Positions 34,273-39,231 of a stretch of DNA of 64,000 nt are shown in pieces. Position 1 is the stretch's first letter. The number at the start of each line of letters is the position of its first letter. A model generated the notes under the pieces. It did not search any database. It was not told where the DNA came from and saw nothing but the letters and a program-made list of their open reading frames with translations. Both the position numbers and the translations under genes were made by a program. The DNA comes from a bacterium (lineage in GTDB: Bacteria; Patescibacteriota; Patescibacteriia; UBA9570), in assembly GCA_030698395.1 (NCBI GenBank), contig JAUYKW010000008.1:1662-65661 (forward strand), written 5' to 3'.

Positions 34273-34893
34273 ATGATGAAAATAGCAGTATCCGGAGAAA
34301 AGGGTAGTTTTTCACATCAAGCAGCGCAGCTTTATGCTACAGCTCACAGTTTAAGTGATATTGATATTATCTTTTGTGGTGATAGCGCTGGTGCATTTAG
34401 TGCTTTATCTAATAAAGAAGCAGATAAAATTATTATTCCAATATATAATTCAACAGGAGGTTTTGTGAACATGACGTTGCAAGCTATGGGAGAGTTTTTG
34501 TTTCAGATTGAAGAAATGTTCGAAATGAATGTATTGCAATGTTTGCTGATAGATAAAAATATTAATGCTGATCAGATTGAGCAGATTGCATCTCATCCTC
34601 AGGCATTGAAACAATGCAAAGATTATTTACAAGAGAATTGGTCCGGTAGAGAGTTATTAGAATATCAAGATACAGCCAAGGCAGCCAAAGATTTAGCAAG
34701 CGGTAAATTAGATAACACCACAGCTGTGATAGCACCTGAATTAGCTGCAGAAATTTATGGGCTCAAGGTACTGGAAGAATCAATTCAAGATTTGAAATTT
34801 AATGCTACAACTTTTTTAGTAGTAGCTTCACCAGGTGGTGAAAAACAATCTGAAGAGATTAAACAGGAAAAATTAAAGGAGGAACTAGAATAG
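34273..34893 (+). CDS. pheA: Prephenate dehydratase-like (PDT domain only, no ACT domain).
   Basis: The N-terminus IAVSGEKGSFSHQAA resembles the PDT start (GxxGSFS/TE.A). It is in aromatic-pathway context. Confidence 0.65.
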   Translation: MMKIAVSGEKGSFSHQAAQLYATAHSLSDIDIIFCGDSAGAFSALSNKEADKIIIPIYNSTGGFVNMTLQAMGEFLFQIEEMFEMNVLQCLLIDKNINADQIEQIASHPQALKQCKDYLQENWSGRELLEYQDTAKAAKDLASGKLDNTTAVIAPELAAEIYGLKVLEESIQDLKFNATTFLVVASPGGEKQSEEIKQEKLKEELE

Positions 34894-34894
34894 T

Positions 34895-35584
34895 ATGAAC
34901 ATAGGAATTATAGGTGCTGGTAGATTTGGTAAGTTGCTCGCTGAACAATTGGAAAATGATAATAAAATTTTTCTTTTTGATAAGTTAGATGATAAAGATG
35001 AATTAGAGTCTTGTAATTTAGTTATTTATGCAGTACCAAATAGTTTATTGCAAGACGTAATAAATGAAACAAAAGAATTTATTCAATCAGATGCGATTGT
35101 AATGGATGTTGGTTCGGTTAAAATAAAACCATGTGCTGTGTTACAGGAAGCATTTGGAGAAAATATTTTAGGTACGCATCCGCTGTTTGGCCCAGATAGT
35201 GCTAGTGATTCTTGGGAGGGACATAAGATGGTTTTTTGCAAATTGAATATTCCTGATGATCAGTATAATAAAGTAAAAGAATTATTTATTAGCAGGGGAG
35301 TTAAAGCAATTGAATGTTCACCAGAGGAACATGATAAAATGATGGCTAAAACTCAAGCTTTAGTACACTACATTGGACGAGCACTTTCTGGAATTAAAGA
35401 GCAAGAAATATCTACGCCAGATTATGCAAATTTATTACGCATGATGGAGAAAGTTACTCATGATACTTGGGAATTATTTTATGACATGCAAAATTTGAAT
35501 CCGTATGCTAAATTAGAAAGAGAAAAGTTCAGTAAAAATATTGCTGAGTTAGAAGAAAAAATTAACCAAGAGTTAGATAAATAA
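34895..35584 (+). CDS. tyrA: Prephenate/arogenate dehydrogenase.
   Basis: The NAD(P) motif is IGIIGAGRFG. It is in aromatic-pathway context. Confidence 0.7.
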   Translation: MNIGIIGAGRFGKLLAEQLENDNKIFLFDKLDDKDELESCNLVIYAVPNSLLQDVINETKEFIQSDAIVMDVGSVKIKPCAVLQEAFGENILGTHPLFGPDSASDSWEGHKMVFCKLNIPDDQYNKVKELFISRGVKAIECSPEEHDKMMAKTQALVHYIGRALSGIKEQEISTPDYANLLRMMEKVTHDTWELFYDMQNLNPYAKLEREKFSKNIAELEEKINQELDK

Positions 35585-35587
35585 AGT

Positions 35588-35854
35588 ATGATCGAAAAAT
35601 CTTTAGAAGAATTAAGAGAGCAGATTGATAATATTGATGAAAAGATAATAAAATCAATTGGTGAAAGGTTTTTGGTTGTTGAGAAAATTGGAAAACTAAA
35701 GCAGGCGACTGGAATTCCAGTGCAAGATCCACACCGAGAAGCAAAATTATTATTGAAATTAAATACTTTAGCTCAGAAATATAACGTGTCCATTGAGGTA
35801 GTTACTCATATATATGACTATTTAATGCATCATTCCAGAGATAGCCAGCAGTAG
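35588..35854 (+). CDS. AroQ-class chorismate mutase.
   Basis: It is an 88-aa helical protein, with LEELREQIDNID...IGKLK typical of AroQ chorismate mutase. Confidence 0.8.
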   Translation: MIEKSLEELREQIDNIDEKIIKSIGERFLVVEKIGKLKQATGIPVQDPHREAKLLLKLNTLAQKYNVSIEVVTHIYDYLMHHSRDSQQ

Positions 35855-35871
35855 CATTATTAAAGAAAATT

Positions 35872-35900
35872 TTGACACTTTATAAAGTATAAATTATAAT
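35872..35900 (+). promoter_or_regulatory. Perfect consensus sigma70 promoter: TTGACA, 17 nt, TATAAT.
   Basis: The sequence is ttgaca-ctttataaagtataaat-tataat. Confidence 0.55.
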
Positions 35901-35906
35901 GTTCTT

Positions 35907-36095
35907 AAGTTTATGAATTTTATACACAGCAACAACTTATCTAAGCTTAAATGGACAGTGGTCTCTTCTATTAAGACACTGGTACGTATTTATTTACATA
36001 TAGCGCGGGCAAGGATAAGCAATGCAATTACATAAGTTGCATAATAAACAGAAAAGCTGCAACCTTAGCCCGCGAAAAAAACGCGGGATTTTTAT
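35907..36095 (+). ncRNA. Candidate ~190-nt small RNA or leader transcript, running from the consensus promoter to an intrinsic terminator. It contains a long imperfect stem (36003-36014 with 36063-36074) that competes with the terminator stem, and an optional 30-codon sORF.
   Basis: The promoter and terminator were read from the sequence, with no gene in between. It could not be matched to SRP RNA, 6S RNA, tmRNA or RNase P consensus motifs. Confidence 0.3.
36068..36095 (+). terminator. Intrinsic terminator: stem cccgcg / cgcggg, a 7-A loop, and a T-run.
   Basis: The sequence is gcccgcg-aaaaaaa-cgcggg-atttttat. Confidence 0.55.
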
Positions 36096-36230
36096 ATATT
36101 ATTTCTAGACTACTCGACTGGTATCCTCCGCACTAGTTGAGTCGCCTGGAAAGTAATTTCCAGATTATCGTTCTTTGTAAAGTATTTATCCCTATTTTTA
36201 GAAGTTATTCTGTTAATGGTGATAAAACAA

Positions 36231-36251
36231 TTTTAGAGGCAACGTGAAATT
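36231..36251 (+). repeat. Conserved leader box TTTTAGAGGCAACGTGAAATT, copy 1. Copy 2 is at 37283-37303, and a degenerate copy 3 is at about 37815-37835.
   Basis: Two copies are identical over 21 nt. Each lies upstream of a GC-rich ORF in the island. Confidence 0.6.
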
Positions 36252-36275
36252 AAATCTGGTTTAAAACGTAGCAGA

Positions 36276-36342
36276 GCGAGGAAAATGGTTTTTGTAGATA
36301 CGCGATTAATCGCGTATCTACGGATAAAAATATTTTCCTCGC
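36276..36342 (+). repeat. 67-nt inverted repeat. The outer arms are gcgaggaaaat / attttcctcgc. They enclose a perfect 28-bp palindrome, GTAGATACGCGATTAATCGCGTATCTAC (36294-36321).
   Basis: Read directly from the sequence. It lies about 80 nt upstream of the first GC-rich ORF. Confidence 0.7.
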
Positions 36343-36422
36343 TCCGGCTACCTAGTAGACCGGATTTCTCGGGTCATAGACCCATCCTCATACTCCTGCT
36401 GAAAAGCATGTGGAGATTCTCG

Positions 36423-37064
36423 ATGTCTGTTCGCCCTTCCAGTCCCTGCTCCAAGCTCGTCGTGCTCGCCGATGATGCTCCTGCCCTCTCCGTTCTCTGC
36501 GAGTTCATCGAGCCCAAGGCTATCGGTGGTCGCTGCATGTCCTTCGAAAGCACTCAGGTGCTGTTCTTCAACCGGAACAATCTGCAGGGCCTCGTGGCTC
36601 GGGTCGTGGTTCGGCGCACTGCTCGACCGCTCGGCGACAACATCGTATCTGTGCGCACGGTCGACGTGATCGTGGTGAACAGCGAAGATGATCTTCGACA
36701 CTACTTGCAGGACTCCCAGGTGTTGCATCTGCGCAGCACCGATCAGCGCCAGCCTGCCATGTACACCTTCACCCACAGCAAGATGTTCCCCAAGCCGCCC
36801 AGTGGTAGTGCTCACATCTGTCAGTTCGAGACTGGTCACCTGCAGAGTCACCTCCGGAACCTGGTGTCGGTTCTCTACTCGGGATGGTTCTCCCGCAAAC
36901 CGCAGGATGCCACGGTCTGCACGCCGAACAGCGCCATCGCCCAGATGTCTGGCTACATCGGACGTTCCACCCTGGCCTTCGAGGAAGGAGGTTATGGCGG
37001 AAGCGTGCAGTTCGGTCAGGACGACGCTTACGACGCGATCCGCGAGGACGGTTCTCGCTTGTAG
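36423..37064 (+). CDS. GC-rich (~60% GC) hypothetical protein of 213 aa, with strong G/C bias at codon third positions.
   Basis: The + frame has about 85% G/C at third positions with very few A, while all other frames look like wrong-frame GC-rich noise (R/P/S-rich). An SD (GGAGA) lies 8 nt upstream of the ATG at 36423. No known motifs were recognised. Confidence 0.5.
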   Translation: MSVRPSSPCSKLVVLADDAPALSVLCEFIEPKAIGGRCMSFESTQVLFFNRNNLQGLVARVVVRRTARPLGDNIVSVRTVDVIVVNSEDDLRHYLQDSQVLHLRSTDQRQPAMYTFTHSKMFPKPPSGSAHICQFETGHLQSHLRNLVSVLYSGWFSRKPQDATVCTPNSAIAQMSGYIGRSTLAFEEGGYGGSVQFGQDDAYDAIREDGSRL

Positions 37065-37080
37065 AAGAGCGAATAGAGGG

Positions 37081-37197
37081 CACGATTCGTCGTGGACAGT
37101 GATGGTAGACCGCATGACACCTCCTGTCGGGCTTCTTCTTTTCACGTTGCCCACCTCTCCTTTGTTTATCTATTAGCCCTTGCTAAATGGTAGAAAA
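37081..37197 (+). repeat. Conserved ~115-nt 3' trailer element, copy 1. H1 is CACGA-UUCG-UCGUG. H2 is gacag...ctgtc. H3 is gggc...gccc. Then follows ACCTCTCCTTTG and an AATGGTAGAAAA box.
   Basis: It is about 85% identical to 37633-37745, and a degenerate third copy is at about 38166-38240. Compensatory changes keep the stems intact: H2 is gacag/ctgtc in copy 1 and gacaa/ttgtc in copy 2; H3 is gggc/gccc in copies 1 and 2 and aggc/gcct in copy 3. Confidence 0.65.
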
Positions 37198-37320
37198 TAA
37201 GGTAAATAATGTAGTGGTAATAATTAGTCGTTCCTTTTATTTGTACTGGATGAATAACACTATTCTTTCAGTATTAACAGTATTTTAGAGGCAACGTGAA
37301 ATTCTAGCTGGTAATGTCCT

Positions 37321-37362
37321 AGGGTGAGGATATTGGTTTTATAACCAATGCCCCCACCCTGG
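37321..37362 (+). repeat. Conserved 5' leader stem-loop, copy 2: AGGGTG-AGGATATTGGTTTT-hairpin-ATGCCCCC-CACCCT. Copy 3 is at 37866-37919: TGTTGGGGT-AAGGATATGGGTTTTT-...-ATGCCCCC-ACCCCAACA.
   Basis: The closing stem differs in sequence but keeps its pairing in the two copies. A related AGGAAAATGGTTTTT motif sits in the 67-nt IR upstream of ORF1. Confidence 0.5.
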
Positions 37363-37620
37363 CTTACATTCGTAAAGCTGGAAATTGGGTTTCGACCCAC
37401 CCCTCAACCCCTCGAAAGGATCCTCCAGGTGGCTAAGAAAAAGCGGAAGAAGGAAGTTTGTAGAAGTGGTAGCAAGAAGATTCGTGTTGTGCAAATCAGC
37501 GATGCGGAACTTCGCAGGAGTACTATATCTGAGCTTTGTCGGAAGTATCATGGACGCATGGTCGTTGTTAACGGTCAGCGGTTCCTGATGACGAACGAAG
37601 AGCACAGCGAACACACCTGA
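37348..37620 (+). CDS. Small basic protein (63-90 aa depending on start), moderately GC-rich, a paralog of the 37933-38136 ORF.
   Basis: The ATG at 37348 lies inside the conserved noncoding ATGCCCCCACCC motif. A GTG at 37429 preceded by AAAGGA is a plausible alternative start. It shares ELCRKYHGRMVVVNG with EFCRRYNGQQVTIGS in the next ORF. Confidence 0.4.
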   Translation: MPPPWLTFVKLEIGFRPTPQPLERILQVAKKKRKKEVCRSGSKKIRVVQISDAELRRSTISELCRKYHGRMVVVNGQRFLMTNEEHSEHT

Positions 37621-37632
37621 GCAACCTGGGGT

Positions 37633-37745
37633 CACGATTCGTCGTGGACAATGATGATGGACTATTCGTCGTCACTTGTCGGGCTTCAACTCTTCACGTT
37701 GCCCACCTCTCCCTTGACTATTATCATTAAAAATGGTAGACAAAG
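37633..37745 (+). repeat. 3' trailer element, copy 2.
   Basis: See copy 1. The identical H1 hairpin cacgattcgtcgtg is present. Confidence 0.65.
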
Positions 37746-37932
37746 GATTGGTGAAAGTCATTCGTTCTTTATAACTAATGTGATGACTCACAATAATATT
37801 GTGATAGTTACTATTTTTTTCAGGCAATATGAATAGATCGTGGGCTAAACGTCCAAAAGGACTATGTTGGGGTAAGGATATGGGTTTTTCGATAAAAATC
37901 TATGCCCCCACCCCAACAAGTAAGGAGTGCTC

Positions 37933-38136
37933 ATGAATGCACCAGATGCTGAGCCCGGCGGTGTACGTGGCAGCGAGAGAGAGGTAGATCGAGACATGCA
38001 GAGATTTTCAGCGCGGGAGTTCTGCCGGCGTTACAATGGTCAGCAGGTCACTATCGGCTCCATGCGGATTCACATTCGCTACGAGCCCACTCCCTCGTTG
38101 CCGCGCGATCGGCCGGAGGCGCAGCTGTCCATCTAG
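37933..38136 (+). CDS. Small protein (67 aa) paralogous to the 37348-37620 ORF.
   Basis: A strong SD, AAGGAG, lies 5 nt upstream of the ATG at 37933. About 68% of third positions are G/C. The upstream ATGCCCCCACCCC motif is out of frame and terminated, so it is noncoding here. Confidence 0.45.
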   Translation: MNAPDAEPGGVRGSEREVDRDMQRFSAREFCRRYNGQQVTIGSMRIHIRYEPTPSLPRDRPEAQLSI

Positions 38137-38165
38137 GGCAGCGGAGGTTGTGGCTGGTGGTGCAG

Positions 38166-38240
38166 TCATAGACAAGATGGTAGGCTACGCCCCATCCTGT
38201 TAGGCTTACCGTTTTCATATTGCCTACCTCTCTTTTGATT
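38166..38240 (+). repeat. 3' trailer element, degenerate copy 3.
   Basis: It aligns to copies 1 and 2 over GATGGTAG...TCCTGT..GGCTT...TTTTCA..TTGCC.ACCTCTC.TTTG, with stem covariation. Confidence 0.5.
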
Positions 38241-38374
38241 AGCTAGTAAGCTAGTTGTTTAGAAGAGAGGTAAGTTTCAACAGGATCTTTCCCAAGTACG
38301 TTTAGTTGCACTAGCGACTTTGCGTCAACAGTTTTTTTGACAACGTCAGTTATGCACCTACCTAGCAGGAGGAG

Positions 38375-38467
38375 ATGGTAGGGAAGTTGCAGCAAGAGGT
38401 GCTGCAGGTGGGATTTTTCGTCTCCATCCCATTGGACAACCCGCTGACGTTGTCCCTTTCCTTATAA
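38375..38467 (+). CDS. Possible 30-codon sORF (MVGKLQQEVLQVGFFVSIPLDNPLTLSLSL) bracketed by an 11-nt inverted repeat (gacaacgtcag at 38338-38348, ctgacgttgtc at 38444-38454).
   Basis: An AGGAGG lies immediately upstream of the ATG. It is short and unsupported otherwise. Confidence 0.15.
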   Translation: MVGKLQQEVLQVGFFVSIPLDNPLTLSLSL

Positions 38468-38573
38468 ATATCATTTGTTGGTACTTATAAGGATTTGGAT
38501 AATTGTGAATAAGTTAAATAATATAAGTTGACTTATTAAAAAAATAATATATTCTTTATTTTAAGAAGTATTT

Positions 38574-38663
38574 ATGAATATTCTTTTTGCCCAAATAAAT
38601 CTTATTAGCATTATTAGCCTGCTTATTAGCCATGGTTCTTTGCGTTATGAACAAACTTAAGTA
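38574..38663 (+). CDS. Possible 29-aa hydrophobic peptide (MNILFAQINLISIISLLISHGSCVMNKLK), followed by a terminator.
   Basis: It is a short ORF in host-like AT-rich composition. An intrinsic terminator lies 25 nt downstream. No clear SD was seen. Confidence 0.2.
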
Positions 38664-38684
38664 AAAAAGTAATTCAAACGTAAA

Positions 38685-38713
38685 GAACCCTGTCAAATAT
38701 CGCAGGGTTTTTT
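38685..38713 (+). terminator. Intrinsic terminator: aaccctg-tcaaatatcg-cagggtt-ttttttt.
   Basis: Read from the sequence. Confidence 0.55.
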
Positions 38714-38811
38714 TATTGCCTCATTAATTTCTCCTTTAACAGGGGATGAGAACCGTACGGCGGTAGGAGGAGTCTATCGTTCTTCCTGTACGCTTCGGCA
38801 ACGAGGATACA

Positions 38812-39036
38812 ATGTACCGGCGCGGTACCTGGGAGTTTTATCAGTTCAACGCCGTGTTTCACGCTGAGCTGGTCAGGTGTTCGAATGGCATCGTGGCGCT
38901 GATGTGGCGCAACGAGGTGCACAAGACCGGTGCCAACGAAGTGACCATTGCGTACCGACGGTTCGAGCGTCAGCAGTGGAGCTTCTGGGCTCATTCGGCC
39001 ACAGGAGGCACCTGTGACACGTCCGCGGTCTACTAG
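38812..39036 (+). CDS. GC-rich hypothetical protein (74 aa) with high G/C at third positions.
   Basis: About 78% of third positions are G/C. A GGAGG lies about 45 nt upstream and the proximal SD is weak (GAGGAT). It is flanked by an inverted repeat: gcgagacggcgg (39083-39094) and ccgtcgtctcg (39137-39147). Confidence 0.35.
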   Translation: MYRRGTWEFYQFNAVFHAELVRCSNGIVALMWRNEVHKTGANEVTIAYRRFERQQWSFWAHSATGGTCDTSAVY

Positions 39037-39231
39037 CAGCTCCGAGAGCGTTGCTACGCCTGACGCAAATACGGAATCTCACGCGAGACGGCGGCATGGG
39101 TTGACTAGATGTATTTATGTACGTCTTGCTATCACCAGCCGTCGTCTCGACCGTTCATCTTATTTATTGTTTAATTTGCTCTAAGAAATAAAATCATTTA
39201 TACTCATTAAAGTTAAGTTAAAGGATATATC

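Noticed and set aside
36348-37154. Minus-strand 268-aa ORF across the GC-rich segment. Its internal ATG is preceded by a near-perfect SD (caggaggtgtcATG, the reverse complement of 37113-37127).
   Set aside because: Codon third-position analysis favours the + frame: about 85% G/C with almost no A, against about 60% mixed on the minus frame. The minus translation is Arg/Gly/His-rich with no order. The SD-like string is the reverse complement of the CACCTCCT tract in the + strand trailer and is not conserved in trailer copy 2. Long ORFs in all frames are expected in 60% GC DNA.
37113-37164. Resemblance to the 16S rRNA 3' end (CACCTCCT, CACCTCTCCTT) and a possible rRNA fragment or RNase P/tmRNA/SRP RNA in the island.
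   Set aside because: Matches are under 10 nt. None of the long universally conserved rRNA blocks were found. Nor were RNase P P4 (AGGAAAGTCC), the tmRNA tag ORF with a tRNA-like end, or SRP domain IV (GGAAG...AGCAG).
36688-37176. + strand alternative-frame ORFs inside the island (162 aa at 36688-37176, 65 aa at 36472-36669, 72 aa at 36884-37102, 104 aa minus).
   Set aside because: They have the Arg/Pro/Ser/Thr/Cys-rich composition typical of off-frame translation of a GC-rich gene. They overlap the better-supported 36423-37064 frame.
37585-37610. Hammerhead-ribozyme-like CUGAUGA in ORF2 (gttcctgatgacgaacgaagagc).
   Set aside because: Only the CUGAUGA box matches. No proper stem II closed by GAAA, and no stem I or III partners, could be found.
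37081-38240. Integron-like attC sites and a cassette array.
   Set aside because: GTTAGGC (an R'-like GTTRRRY core) occurs in trailer copy 3 but is GTCGGGC in copies 1 and 2. No complementary inverse core (RYYYAAC) pairs with it. No intI-like tyrosine recombinase or attI is in view. The spacers are homologous over their full ~300 nt rather than only at short attC sites.
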